A stretch of 32,000 bases of DNA from an uncultured archaeon. Its GTDB lineage: Archaea; Asgardarchaeota; Thorarchaeia; Thorarchaeales; Thorarchaeaceae. A model generated the notes under the pieces. The model saw only the letters and a program-made list of their open reading frames with translations. It did not search any database and was not told where the DNA came from. The DNA lies in the NCBI GenBank assembly GCA_964648855.1, contig CAZYLT010000005.1, forward strand, positions 150,000 through 181,999, read 5' to 3'. Shown piece after piece: positions 1 through 9,948 of the stretch. Position numbers and translations under genes: made by a program. Numbering within the stretch: the first letter of the stretch is position 1; each line of letters begins with the position of its first letter.

Positions 1-2
1 AA

Positions 3-404
3 GAGGATGAAAAGCGAAAAACCCAGATTGAAATGAAGAATAAAGCCGATGGGATGATATACCAAGGCGAGAAGCTGCTACGAGACTTGGGCGATAAGGT
101 TCCCGACGACCTGAAGAAGGAATTAGAAACCAAATCCAAAGCCCTGCAGAAAACACTTGATGAGGAAGACTTTGAGAAAATGGAGTCGGCAACTGAAGAA
201 CTCCAGCAAGTCATCTTCAAAATTTCTGAGAAAGTGTATGGCTCTCAAGGAGCTCAGCAAGGCGGTTTCGATCCAAGTCAGATGGGATTCGACCCCTCTC
301 AGATGGGTGCAACCGGTGCAGCGGGTCAAGGAGATCAGAGTCAGCCAAAGAAAGAGCCGGACGACGAAGATGTCGTTGATGTTGACTTCGAAGACCTTGA
401 TTAA
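3..404 (+). CDS. dnaK: Molecular chaperone DnaK/Hsp70, C-terminal fragment (5' end outside the window)
   Basis: Frame is open from base 3 (EDEKRKTQIEMKNKADGMIYQGEKLL...), matching the Hsp70 helical lid; G/Q-rich tail and terminal 'EDVVDVDFEDLD' typical of prokaryotic DnaK; directly upstream of dnaJ. Confidence 0.95.
   Translation, partial: EDEKRKTQIEMKNKADGMIYQGEKLLRDLGDKVPDDLKKELETKSKALQKTLDEEDFEKMESATEELQQVIFKISEKVYGSQGAQQGGFDPSQMGFDPSQMGATGAAGQGDQSQPKKEPDDEDVVDVDFEDLD
264..308 (+). repeat. Two 21-nt tandem coding repeats (GFDPSQM x2) in the DnaK tail
   Basis: ggtttcgatccaagtcagatg / ggattcgacccctctcagatg: identical peptide, synonymous differences only. Confidence 0.85.
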
Positions 405-424
405 GCAGCTGAAGGGTGAATCTT

Positions 425-1465
425 TTGGCTGAAGACGACTACTATGACATTCTTGGAGTCAATAAGAGTGCTTCACAGGATGAAATCAAGAGGGCGTATC
501 GGAAGTTAGCCAAGAAGTATCACCCAGATAGAAACCCAGAAAAAGCAGCTGAAGAGCAGCTGAAGAAAATCAATGAGGCATATGATGTCCTAAGCGACCC
601 CGAAAAGCGAGCTACCTATGACAGATATGGAACTGCGGACTTCGAGGGAATAAACATGAATGGATTCGGGTCCATCTTTGATGAGATATTCAAAGGATTT
701 GGCGGTTTTGGAGGCTTTGGTTCTGGATTCCAGCAAAGAAGTGGACCCAAACGTGGGGCGAATCTGAGGATCTCGATTAATCTCTCCTTTGACGAGGCCT
801 TCTTTGGAACGGAGAAAGAGATTGCCTTTGAGAGGAAGGTCGCTTGTAAGACCTGCAAAGGTAGCGGTGCTGCTCCAGGGACGTCCCCAGTTCGTTGTAA
901 GACTTGTGGGGGAAGAGGACAGGTAATGCGTTCAATGGGTGGATTCATGACTGTATCCCAGACCTGTCCGCGCTGTCAAGGGCTTGGTGAAGTCATAGAA
1001 AATCCCTGCAAAGAATGCAAAGGTTCTGGGCTTCAAACTGAGAGGTTGGAAGTAGAAATCCCAATACCTGCAGGTATAGAGGATGGTATGGGACAGCGGA
1101 TTCGTGGACATGGAAATGCAGGACCAAGGGGCGGGCCTCATGGTGATCTCATAGTGATGTTCAATGTTGAACCTCACGATAAGTTTGTGAGACGGGGACT
1201 TCATGTGTATCTTGAAGAGAGTATTCCGTTCTCAGTTGCTGTTCTCGGTGGTGAAGTGGAGGTTCCAACGATGCGTGGGATGTCTAAGATGAAGATAAAG
1301 GCTGGTACCGAGGGTGGGACCGTGCTTCGAATGAAGGAAAAGGGAGTTCACGCCGATGATGGCCGGAAAGGAGACCAGCTTGTGCGTGTCAATATACACA
1401 TACCTGAGAAACTCTCAAAGGAACAGAAAGAATACCTAGCTGAATTCGGGGAAGTCTTTGGTTAG
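425..1465 (+). CDS. dnaJ: Chaperone DnaJ (type I Hsp40)
   Basis: J domain (DYYDILGV...YHPD), G/F-rich linker, four CxxCxGxG zinc motifs, C-terminal substrate-binding domains. TTG start at 425 is preferred because GGGTGA lies at 414-419 (ORF track starts at 416). Confidence 0.97.
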   Translation: MAEDDYYDILGVNKSASQDEIKRAYRKLAKKYHPDRNPEKAAEEQLKKINEAYDVLSDPEKRATYDRYGTADFEGINMNGFGSIFDEIFKGFGGFGGFGSGFQQRSGPKRGANLRISINLSFDEAFFGTEKEIAFERKVACKTCKGSGAAPGTSPVRCKTCGGRGQVMRSMGGFMTVSQTCPRCQGLGEVIENPCKECKGSGLQTERLEVEIPIPAGIEDGMGQRIRGHGNAGPRGGPHGDLIVMFNVEPHDKFVRRGLHVYLEESIPFSVAVLGGEVEVPTMRGMSKMKIKAGTEGGTVLRMKEKGVHADDGRKGDQLVRVNIHIPEKLSKEQKEYLAEFGEVFG

Positions 1466-2031
1466 AAATCCAGCGGTTTTGCTATACAGCCTCTCATTTT
1501 AAGTTCTGGAAATTTGTTTGTGTTAGCCGGCTGTACAACCCAGGCTGTATCTGCGCCTCGTCCTGTTCCTGCTATGGCCACTATATTTTTGTCGACGGGA
1601 ACAAGTCCGGCATCTGCAGCCATCAGTGCTATCTCTGCGCAGACCTTTGTACCTTGACCGAATGTTCGATACACCACCGCAAAAAACTCGGCTGTTGTCC
1701 ATGTACCAAATTGTTTCCTGATGCCTCTATCTACACCTGCGAATGCATGTGTGCACGTGAGAACCGAAGCTCCGTTATTCTCTATCTCCTTTCTTATTGA
1801 CTCCTGCATTTCATTTTCATTATCCATTACAAAACCTGTCTGATGTGAAACGACGATGCACTTGTGATTGTTGTATCTCCTTGAAGCTGCCAAACCCGTA
1901 TCGCCTTGAGTGCTCGCAACCACAACATGTTGAATATCTGGATTCGCACCCAGAAACTTCTCAACAACATCGAGCGTTCTTTCGGTATGGTCGGATGAAG
2001 CCTGTTTGAAGTAATTAGTCATGAGTTTCAT
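1462..2031 (-). CDS. Stand-alone pyruvate kinase C-terminal (alpha/beta) domain-like protein, MTH1675 type
   Basis: Motifs '[11 protein letters not shown]', 'THAFAGVDR', '[19 protein letters not shown]', '[12 protein letters not shown]'; start uncertain (2055/2031/2022). Confidence 0.85.
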   Translation of the reverse strand: MKLMTNYFKQASSDHTERTLDVVEKFLGANPDIQHVVVASTQGDTGLAASRRYNNHKCIVVSHQTGFVMDNENEMQESIRKEIENNGASVLTCTHAFAGVDRGIRKQFGTWTTAEFFAVVYRTFGQGTKVCAEIALMAADAGLVPVDKNIVAIAGTGRGADTAWVVQPANTNKFPELKMRGCIAKPLDF

Positions 2032-2089
2032 ACTGAGCTTGTTCTGAATAATCATATTTAGAATTGATGGCTAAAGGACAACCAGCTGT

Positions 2090-2533
2090 TCAAGAATCCT
2101 CTTTTTGCCATCTTCGAATTAATGACTCGGCAAAAACAAAGACAAAGAGAATAATCAGCGCGGACCAGAAATCTATGTTAGTGCCTGGAATAGATGAAAC
2201 AAACCAAGCTGCAATTATAACAACAACTGCAGAAATCAGATATCGCAATACGGACTTGATTACCTGCAGCTTGTCGAATCCCTGTTCCTCCATCCTATGG
2301 GTTCTTTCGAACTCGTCAGCTATTATTTGTGGTTCGCCCAAATCTTCCAGAACCTCATGAGTGAGATGTAACTTATCCTCGTCGGGATGCCTGCTCAATT
2401 TGTCATTCAGAGAGTCATAGATATGTACTCTCAGATCCTCAACAAGGTCATCCGTTTCAAAAGTGTCGGGTAATTGACTTCTGACATTTTTGAGATACTC
2501 TTCAATCATCCTATCACTCTCGGTCTTACTCAT
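2090..2533 (-). CDS. HAAS-like (PadR-associated) domain protein with two C-terminal TM helices
   Basis: 'IEEYLKNVRSQLP...DLVEDLRVHIYD...VLEDLGEPQIIADEF' fits the HAAS/DUF1700 pattern; two hydrophobic helices; ATGA overlap with the PadR gene. Confidence 0.75.
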   Translation of the reverse strand: MSKTESDRMIEEYLKNVRSQLPDTFETDDLVEDLRVHIYDSLNDKLSRHPDEDKLHLTHEVLEDLGEPQIIADEFERTHRMEEQGFDKLQVIKSVLRYLISAVVVIIAAWFVSSIPGTNIDFWSALIILFVFVFAESLIRRWQKEDS

Positions 2534-2898
2534 TCCTTCAACGCCTCCAATTTGTTGAAAATATCTTCCAATATCACGGTTAACTGTCGGTATACTCGGT
2601 CTCCCTCTCCTGTAAGGACATAGACTTTTCTTCTTGGTCCGGACTCTGACTTCTCTGTGTGAACGTTTAGCAATCTCTCTTTCTTCAATCTGTGAAGAAT
2701 CGGGTATAATGTGCCTTCCTTAACCTCTAGCAGCCCATCAGTTCGCTCTTCAAGTTCACGAGCGACTCCATAGCCGTGAATACCCTCGGCTCTTGTCCTG
2801 ACAATTGCTAAAACCGCATATTGAAGAATCCCTCTTCTCATCTCAATCTTCCAAGAGTCTTCAAAATCGGTACTCCTCTTCACAGTCACAATCCTCAT
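2530..2898 (-). CDS. PadR-family transcriptional regulator
   Basis: 'RRGILQYAVL...HGYGVARELE...EGTLYPILHRL...GPRRKVYVLTGEG' winged-HTH signature. Confidence 0.93.
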   Translation of the reverse strand: MRIVTVKRSTDFEDSWKIEMRRGILQYAVLAIVRTRAEGIHGYGVARELEERTDGLLEVKEGTLYPILHRLKKERLLNVHTEKSESGPRRKVYVLTGEGDRVYRQLTVILEDIFNKLEALKE

Positions 2899-3061
2899 TG
2901 CGGGCCTGTGTGATTCTGTCTGAATGATGTCCTTAAGTGTGTCTGTGTTTCCAATAACTCTGATTTGGCATACTCTTGGAGGGCAATAAAACCGTCAGAA
3001 TTTCGAGAACCGACACGATTATCAATTCTCTGGGAGAACTGGCTTCGAGTAGGAATTCTCA

Positions 3062-4171
3062 ATGATGGATGAAAAACTGTACCGGACACGTACTGAAAAG
3101 ATCTTTAGAATGATGGCAAAAGAAAATTTTGACATTGCCATTCTCACTCCATCACCCAATTTTCAATACATTGCAGGATACAACTATGAGATGAGAGAAC
3201 GACTTGTAGCACTAGTTGTAGAACCTGACCTTCCCCCTCGTCTCTTAGTTCCATTCTTTGAAGTCAGTGATCATGCTGAAAACACTTGGATTGAAGATAT
3301 CATCACCTGGAAGGAGGATGAAAACGCATACAGCGTCTTAAAAGAATCAATTCATTCCGATAAACAGTCATATCGTATACTCCTGGATGAAACAACTCCA
3401 ATGCTTGTCTACTGGTCGCTTAAGCAAGTTTTCGGGGATTTTGAACACGTAGATTCGATTGCACCATTTCTTAAAAAAATGAGGATTAGGAAATCTGATA
3501 CAGAAATAGAGCGAATGAAAGAAGCGGGTAGAATAATCGACAGAGCCGTCATGAACGTATTCGACGAGATAAAGGTAGGTGAAACAGAACTCTACATGAA
3601 ACAACTGATAGCCAATGAAATAATTGAATTGGGCGGACAGCCTACCTTCTTTGCTGTGCAATTCGGCGAGAGAAGTGCAATGCCTCATGCTCGGCCGAGT
3701 CGGGCACAATTGAATGAGGGCAATGTTGTTCTTGTTGACTGCGGATGTTCAGTAGACGGATACAATACTGACATGACAAGAGTGGGTGTTGTTGGCGAAC
3801 CATCGGCTTTGGTTTCTGAAGTCCATGAGCTTGTCTTGAATGCTGAGCAATCTGCTATCCATAGTCTGAAGGCTGGTATGCAATGTGATACTGCTGATGA
3901 AATCGCGCGTAAGATTATCGATGAAGGGGGTTATGGTGAGTTTTTCACACATCGCCTTGGACATGGTATCGGATTAGAAGTTCATGAGCCTCCTTACATC
4001 GTGAGAGGAAATACACTCGAATTGGAGCCTGGTATGACTCATAGTGTAGAGCCGGGAGTGTATATTGAGGGCAATTTTGGCATACGTGTTGAAGACCTAG
4101 TATGCATTAGGAAGGATAAGGCGGAAGTATTGACTTATTCCCCCAGAGAACTGTTCAGGATTCCGGTCTAG
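3062..4171 (+). CDS. Xaa-Pro aminopeptidase/dipeptidase (M24B family)
   Basis: Creatinase-like N domain; metal-binding motifs 'VDCG...YNTDMTR', 'HRLGHGIGLEVHEPP', 'SVEPGVY', 'GIRVED'. Confidence 0.93.
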   Translation: MMDEKLYRTRTEKIFRMMAKENFDIAILTPSPNFQYIAGYNYEMRERLVALVVEPDLPPRLLVPFFEVSDHAENTWIEDIITWKEDENAYSVLKESIHSDKQSYRILLDETTPMLVYWSLKQVFGDFEHVDSIAPFLKKMRIRKSDTEIERMKEAGRIIDRAVMNVFDEIKVGETELYMKQLIANEIIELGGQPTFFAVQFGERSAMPHARPSRAQLNEGNVVLVDCGCSVDGYNTDMTRVGVVGEPSALVSEVHELVLNAEQSAIHSLKAGMQCDTADEIARKIIDEGGYGEFFTHRLGHGIGLEVHEPPYIVRGNTLELEPGMTHSVEPGVYIEGNFGIRVEDLVCIRKDKAEVLTYSPRELFRIPV

Positions 4172-4174
4172 TAT

Positions 4175-4768
4175 TCACTCGTCTGATTGTGCTTGTCTTT
4201 CTTTTGACATTATCTCATCGAGTTTCTTCCGGTCTTCATCACTCAAGGTCTTCATGGCTTCTGCAGACTGGCGAAGCATCTGGCCCATAATAACCGAATA
4301 AATTGCAGGAAGGGCTGTTACCGTTTCCATGCGCTCCTTGTATTCCGTCTCTGCCAATTCTTTTGCTTCTCTGAGCGCTTCCCGAGTGACTTCACCGCCC
4401 CCTATGCCCGCGCAATCCTTGTTTGTAACGAAATACTTCTCCCCATCATACTGCAATGGAAATGTTCGACATGCAATAGGCCGTGAGAATCTTATTCGAC
4501 ACGCATTGGCATCTTTGTCAAAAAATACGCATGCAGTTTCTTGTTCTCCCTCAGATAAGGTCTGACGCAAGGTTTCTAGGCTCATCTCTGCGTTTTCATT
4601 GTTGTTCATATTCAGAGTGACTCCGGGTAAGATATGGCTCAAATAGTTCTGTAATGTCCATCTTGAGAGGTCACTGAGGGTCACATTAACATGGGGCCGA
4701 GTACAGCAGACTCGCTGAGGGCAATTCTGTTCCAGACACTTGAAGCTGTATTTCTTCTTGTCCGACAT
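4175..4768 (-). CDS. YkgJ-family cysteine-cluster (putative Zn/Fe-S chelating) protein
   Basis: 'FKCLEQNCPQRVCC', 'CVFFD...CRIRFSRPIACRTFP' and a later 'CAGIG' match the CxxCxxCC family pattern. Confidence 0.82.
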   Translation of the reverse strand: MSDKKKYSFKCLEQNCPQRVCCTRPHVNVTLSDLSRWTLQNYLSHILPGVTLNMNNNENAEMSLETLRQTLSEGEQETACVFFDKDANACRIRFSRPIACRTFPLQYDGEKYFVTNKDCAGIGGGEVTREALREAKELAETEYKERMETVTALPAIYSVIMGQMLRQSAEAMKTLSDEDRKKLDEIMSKERQAQSDE

Positions 4769-4934
4769 TTCATGTCACCTAAGTCAGTTGGCGGATTGCG
4801 TTGATTAGAGCATTCTCTTAATCCTTTCGAAGTCGCCATTTTATGCACGCTTCCGACAGATTTATCTTCAATGCTCCATGGCGCTCAACATACTTCAACC
4901 CAAAGAGTGTATTTGGAAGAACGGAGAACTCGCT

Positions 4935-7730
4935 ATGACTTCACAGAAGTGGTACACACATGAAGCCGACGATGTTATGGACCAGCTAGGCACATCTCCT
5001 GAAGGTCTGACAACTGAAGAGGCGAACAAAAGAATTCAGAAATATGGTTACAACGAACTCCAAGAGGTTGATAAGGCATCTCCTCTCAGGATGTTTCTAG
5101 AGCAATTCACTGACCCCATGGTCATCATTCTCCTCATCGCAATAGCCATCTCTCTAGTCGTTGCTCTAGCCCCCGGATCTCATGAGGAGGGCGGCGTTAT
5201 TGATGCTATCATGATTTCGATAATTGTTGTCTTCAATGCAATCTTTGGATTTGTTCAGGAGTATAGGTCAGAGCAGGCGCTTGAGGCGCTCAAGAAGCTG
5301 GCAGCTCCAAGGGCTAGGGTTCTTCGCGATGGTCTTTGGAAGGAAATCGACTCACGGAATGTCGTTCCTGGTGATATAATCGGCTTGGACCCAGGTGACA
5401 TAGCTCCTGCCGATGCCCGCATCAAACAGGCTGTTAGCCTGGCCGTTGACGAATCAATTCTCACCGGGGAATCAGTACCGGTAAGGAAGATAGCCAAACC
5501 TATTGATCCTGAGAATCCAACAGTGGGGGACCTTAGAAACACAGTATTTCAGGGAACTACTGTGGCTGCAGGAAAAGGCACTGCTATAGTCACGGAGACC
5601 GGGATGAATACGCAATTCGGAGAGATTGCCGGGCTGGTACAAGAGAGTGAGAAAGAGATGACACCTCTCCAACATGACTTGGCCGACCTTGGTAAGAAGC
5701 TCGGTCTGCTCATTACCGTGCTCTGTGTCATCATCTTCGCAGCAGAGGTGTACCAAAACATAACTGAATCCATCATAGAAGCACTTTTTGCCGCTATCGC
5801 CCTTGCGGTATCAGCTGTCCCTGAAGGACTACCTGCCGTTGTCACAATCACACTCGCAATGGGTGTACAGCGCATGGTGGAAAAGAACGCAATTGTTCGC
5901 AAACTTCCCTCAGTAGAAACCTTGGGATCAACCACTGTGATCTGCTCTGACAAAACAGGAACAATCACTAGGAATGAGATGACCGTCCGGGAGTTGTATG
6001 TGGATGGCTCTCGTATAAGCGTGACCGGTTCAGGTTATGATGATAAGGGTGACTTCATTCGCAACGGTCAGAAGATTGACCCGTCAAATGATGCTCATCT
6101 CGAAAAACTCCTAGTAATAGGTCAGCTGTGTTCGAATTCTCTCCTTCAGAAGGACCCATCAGGCGCTGCTAGATATGCAGTCGTTGGAGACCCTACTGAG
6201 GGCGCCCTTCTTGTTGTGGCTGAGAAGGCTGGGTTCAAATACGACGAAACCTGGGAGAAGTATGAAGAGGTAACCGAAATCTCCTTTGACTCAGCTCGAA
6301 AACGCATGACCGCTGTATGTAAGGATCAAAATGGCGATTTGGCTGCCTACACAAAGGGTGCTCCTGAAATCGTTCTGTCTCTATGTACACATTATCTTGA
6401 TGACGGTGAGGTTCGACCATTAACTGATTCTGAACGTGAGCAGATACTCTCTGTAAACGCTGACTTGGCGAGTGACGCACTTCGGGTCCTGGGTATGGCA
6501 TATCGGCCTTTGGCAGCACCTCTGCCTGATTGGGAACCAGATATGGTTGAGCAGAATCTCATTTTCGTTGGATTGTCGGCAATGATTGATCCTCCTCGTG
6601 ATGAGGTGGCCGAGGCCATCCAGACTTGCATAGGCGCCGGTATTCGTCCCATCATGATAACTGGTGATCATGCGCTAACCGCTCGCGCAATAGCTCTCGA
6701 TGTGGGTCTGATTTCAGGCGAGGGGGTTGTTCTGACGGGTGCAGACATTGATAAGATGACAGAGGAGGAGTTTCAAGAGTGCGTTCGAGGTGTTGACGCG
6801 TTTGCCAGAGTTTCTCCTGGGCACAAACTCCGGATTGTCAATGCACTCAAGGAGCAAGACCAGATTGTTGCGATGACAGGTGACGGAGTAAATGATGCCC
6901 CGGCCGTGAAGAGTGCAAATGTAGGAGTGGCGATGGGCATAAGAGGTTCAGACGTCACGCGTGAGTCTTCTGATATCATTCTCACAGATGATAATTTTGC
7001 AACCATTGTGACAGCAGTAGAGAAGGGGCGCGAGATCTATGCCAACATCCGCAAGTTTGTTAGATTTCTCCTAGCTGCCAATTTCAGTGAGATATATCTT
7101 ATCTTTACCATGATAATGGTTGGTCTTCCACTGCCAATCACTGCAATCCAGATTTTGTGGATCAACCTTGCTACCGATGGCTTCCCGGCGTTGGCCCTTG
7201 GAGTAGACCCTCCTGAACCCGGTCTGATGGAGCGCGGTCCGCGGAAACCAGGCTCACGGATGATGAATAAAGGGCTTGCAGCTTTCATCATAATAGGAGG
7301 ATTCGTGCAATTCGTAGCTGGCTCTATCCTGTTTCTCTTCTCCCTCTATCAGTACGGGGGATGGATCCCAGGATTGACGGGCGCCATGGTCGATTGGAGC
7401 TCTGCTCCATGGGAATTTTCTCTCAATCATGCCCGTACTATGGTGTTCACGTCGATTGTAGTATACGAGCTGATGTTTGTTTGGAATTGCAGGACAGAGC
7501 ACGCACCGGTATGGAAGACTAACGTCACCAACTCAAAGGCGTTGGCGGGTACCGTCTTGCTGTCAATCATCTTGACATTGATAGTGCTTTACGTGCCGTT
7601 CATCACGCCTCTATTTGGGGCAGTGCCGCTGAGTCTTATGGATTGGATACTAATCATAGTGAGCTCTCTACCAGCACTATTGATTCCTCCTCAGAAGATA
7701 TTTGGCTACTTTAGGGAACGAGAAGAATGA
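4935..7730 (+). CDS. Cation-transporting P-type ATPase, P2A (SERCA-like Ca2+ pump)
   Basis: TGES, PEGL, DKTGT phosphorylation site, KGAPE, DPPR, TGDGVND; ~10 TM helices; ATG 4935 follows GGAG at 4923 (ORF track starts at 4878). Confidence 0.95.
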   Translation: MTSQKWYTHEADDVMDQLGTSPEGLTTEEANKRIQKYGYNELQEVDKASPLRMFLEQFTDPMVIILLIAIAISLVVALAPGSHEEGGVIDAIMISIIVVFNAIFGFVQEYRSEQALEALKKLAAPRARVLRDGLWKEIDSRNVVPGDIIGLDPGDIAPADARIKQAVSLAVDESILTGESVPVRKIAKPIDPENPTVGDLRNTVFQGTTVAAGKGTAIVTETGMNTQFGEIAGLVQESEKEMTPLQHDLADLGKKLGLLITVLCVIIFAAEVYQNITESIIEALFAAIALAVSAVPEGLPAVVTITLAMGVQRMVEKNAIVRKLPSVETLGSTTVICSDKTGTITRNEMTVRELYVDGSRISVTGSGYDDKGDFIRNGQKIDPSNDAHLEKLLVIGQLCSNSLLQKDPSGAARYAVVGDPTEGALLVVAEKAGFKYDETWEKYEEVTEISFDSARKRMTAVCKDQNGDLAAYTKGAPEIVLSLCTHYLDDGEVRPLTDSEREQILSVNADLASDALRVLGMAYRPLAAPLPDWEPDMVEQNLIFVGLSAMIDPPRDEVAEAIQTCIGAGIRPIMITGDHALTARAIALDVGLISGEGVVLTGADIDKMTEEEFQECVRGVDAFARVSPGHKLRIVNALKEQDQIVAMTGDGVNDAPAVKSANVGVAMGIRGSDVTRESSDIILTDDNFATIVTAVEKGREIYANIRKFVRFLLAANFSEIYLIFTMIMVGLPLPITAIQILWINLATDGFPALALGVDPPEPGLMERGPRKPGSRMMNKGLAAFIIIGGFVQFVAGSILFLFSLYQYGGWIPGLTGAMVDWSSAPWEFSLNHARTMVFTSIVVYELMFVWNCRTEHAPVWKTNVTNSKALAGTVLLSIILTLIVLYVPFITPLFGAVPLSLMDWILIIVSSLPALLIPPQKIFGYFREREE

Positions 7731-7732
7731 AG

Positions 7733-8575
7733 CTAGGTTGGAAGTCTCTCTTCCAGCCAGCTCTCCATATCTCCGAGGACAGTAGCCTTCTCGGGTTCAC
7801 TATGTAGTTCATGGAATAACCCCTCATAGGAGCGCCAAGTCTTGTCCTTCGAACCCAAGTGCTCGAAAAATTCTCGAGTCTTTTTGGGATCGACGAGTCT
7901 GTCAGCTTCCGCTTGTTGAACAAGAACTGGTACGGTTATGAATCGGGCGAGGTTATATGCTTCCTTTGCAGCCTTCAGCCCCTCAATGCCGAATCTAGGG
8001 GTGACTTTGTCAAATCGCAGTGGGTCATTCTTATGTTGAGCAACAACCTCGGGGTCGCGGCAGGCATCTTCAAACTCAATCTCATTATCGAAATATCGCT
8101 TAATATTGAAGATGGATAGAATTGCCCCTGCAACCCTCTTCCAAATACTGATTTCTAGGCTCTCAGAAACGGCTGGGCAAGAGAGGATGATGCCATCGAC
8201 TTCTAAAGGATATTTCGCGACATATCTGAGGACATGCTGGCCTCCTAGTGAATGCCCGAAGAGAAACGTGAGGTTGTTGATATATTGGTCCTTTGCGTGC
8301 ATGACGATGCTGTGAATATCTTCAACATACTCATCGAAACTCATCACATGCCCTTTAAGAACTGAATAGTGTCCAAAACCTCTCATGTCCGGAGCGAACA
8401 CGGTGAATCCTCTCTGGGCGAAATATTCTCCGATATTGCTGAGATTCTTCCCATGACTGCCTAGTCCATGAAATGCAATGATGACTGCTCTCGCTCGTTC
8501 ATTGTCAGTACTCCAGACAGCCATATTCATTCTTGTACCGTCATATCCGATATATTGGTCTTCAAAGTGCTTCAT
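7733..8575 (-). CDS. Alpha/beta hydrolase (lysophospholipase/monoacylglycerol lipase family)
   Basis: 'FHGLGSH', 'DMRGFGH', nucleophile motif GHSLGG, 'ADRLVD', 'FHELHSEP'; start probably 8575 or 8584 after AAGGAGG. Confidence 0.92.
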   Translation of the reverse strand: MKHFEDQYIGYDGTRMNMAVWSTDNERARAVIIAFHGLGSHGKNLSNIGEYFAQRGFTVFAPDMRGFGHYSVLKGHVMSFDEYVEDIHSIVMHAKDQYINNLTFLFGHSLGGQHVLRYVAKYPLEVDGIILSCPAVSESLEISIWKRVAGAILSIFNIKRYFDNEIEFEDACRDPEVVAQHKNDPLRFDKVTPRFGIEGLKAAKEAYNLARFITVPVLVQQAEADRLVDPKKTREFFEHLGSKDKTWRSYEGLFHELHSEPEKATVLGDMESWLEERLPT

Positions 8576-8707
8576 GGTATACACATGGATGTTTTCCTCC
8601 TTTGAGAATATTTGTGTTGGGGGTATGATGATCGTAGTTCTCAATGGCATAATGGCGAAGCTTGGAATCCAAACAGCAAACAATCCAATTGCAGCTTAAA
8701 GGAAATG

Positions 8708-8740
8708 AAAAAGAAAGGATGGCCGGATATCCGGCCTTTT
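8708..8740 (-). terminator. Putative terminator downstream of hbd
   Basis: Perfect 16-bp palindrome GGCCGGATATCCGGCC (8721-8736) followed on the minus strand by a U-rich run (ccTTTcTTTTTc). Confidence 0.55.
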
Positions 8741-8745
8741 ACTAT

Positions 8746-9630
8746 CTAGAATGATATTGGTTCAGGTTTTTCCCCTGAGTAGTCATAGAAGCCCCTTCCT
8801 GCCTTCCTTCCTACCCAGCCCGCTCTTACCATCTTCCTCAGTAATGCCGGAGCTCGATACTTACTGTCCTTGAACTCCTCGACGAAGTAATCGGAGATGT
8901 ACAGCAAGGTGTCCAAGCCAACAAAATCTGCCAAGGTGAGTGGGCCCATGGGCCAATTCAAACCAAGTTTAATCGCTTTGTCCATGTCCTGCACTGACGC
9001 GACTCCTTCTTGAATGGCAAAAATAGCTTCATTGATTGCTGGCACTAGTAGTCGATTTACAGCAAATCCGGGTGCTTCATTCACTAAGACGGTCTCCTTG
9101 CCAAGCTTCTCTGAAACTTGTTGAATCACACCCACAGTCTCGTCATTGGTTGCTGCCCCTTTGATAATCTCTACTAAGTTCATCACTGGTACAGGATTAA
9201 AGAAGTGCATACCAACAAATTTCTCGGGTCTCTTAGTAACAGCTGCCATCTGTGTAATACTGATACTTGATGTGTTAGATGCCAGTATGGCATGATCTGG
9301 TGCCTTCTCATCAACTTCCTTCCATGTCTTGAGTTTCAAATCGACAATCTCTGGGACTGCTTCAATGACTAAATCGGCGTCCTTTACCGCATCTTCCAAA
9401 GACAGCGTACCTTCTATACGACCCACGGTGTCTTCTACTTCTTCTTCAGTAATCCTTCCCTTCTTCAAGCCTCGTTCAAGGTTCTTCCTTATCGTGTCCA
9501 AGGCCTTATCGATGAATTTCTGTTCAATGTCGCGCATCTTGACTTGATACCCTGCCTGAGCACAGACATGAGCGATACCGTTGCCCATCTGACCTGCGCC
9601 AAGGACTGCTATTATCTTAATCTCCATCAT
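8746..9630 (-). CDS. hbd: 3-hydroxyacyl-CoA (3-hydroxybutyryl-CoA) dehydrogenase
   Basis: GAGQMG Rossmann motif, 'IEAVPE', 'SNTSSISIT', catalytic 'GMHFFNPVPVMNLVE', 'PMGPLTLADFVGLD', 'GRKAGRGFYDY'. Confidence 0.95.
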   Translation of the reverse strand: MMEIKIIAVLGAGQMGNGIAHVCAQAGYQVKMRDIEQKFIDKALDTIRKNLERGLKKGRITEEEVEDTVGRIEGTLSLEDAVKDADLVIEAVPEIVDLKLKTWKEVDEKAPDHAILASNTSSISITQMAAVTKRPEKFVGMHFFNPVPVMNLVEIIKGAATNDETVGVIQQVSEKLGKETVLVNEAPGFAVNRLLVPAINEAIFAIQEGVASVQDMDKAIKLGLNWPMGPLTLADFVGLDTLLYISDYFVEEFKDSKYRAPALLRKMVRAGWVGRKAGRGFYDYSGEKPEPISF

Positions 9631-9730
9631 TCTCATCCTCACTTCCGTGTGTGTGAGTTACAATGAAAGCTGCAGAAGGGTATGTAATATGTTTGACGCA
9701 TTATACAATAGAAATACACCTCGCGGATTC

Positions 9731-9747
9731 AGTCACAATTTGTGACT
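9731..9747. promoter_or_regulatory. Palindromic candidate operator in the divergent hbd / small ORF-MFS intergenic region
   Basis: AGTCACAA-T-TTGTGACT, perfect 8-bp arms; TATA-like ATTATATA at ~9778. Confidence 0.45.
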
Positions 9748-9948
9748 ACATTCTGTGTCCTTCTTTTGTGGCTCTGCATTATATACCTCTGTGAGCAGGG
9801 CAATTTGTGAAACCGATGACGACGAATCAAACCCTATCAAGAATTTCCAAGAATGCGAAATCCTGCAAGATACCATCGACTCGCGCGCTTGCATTTGCAT
9901 GTTCCACAACAGTACGGTGATCTCTGTCATTTGGGAGGTGTAGAGCCA

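Noticed and set aside
2895-3089. 64-aa ORF whose stop overlaps the PadR start
   Set aside because: It spans the divergent promoter region, overlaps the peptidase start, and has no RBS or recognisable motif; probably spurious
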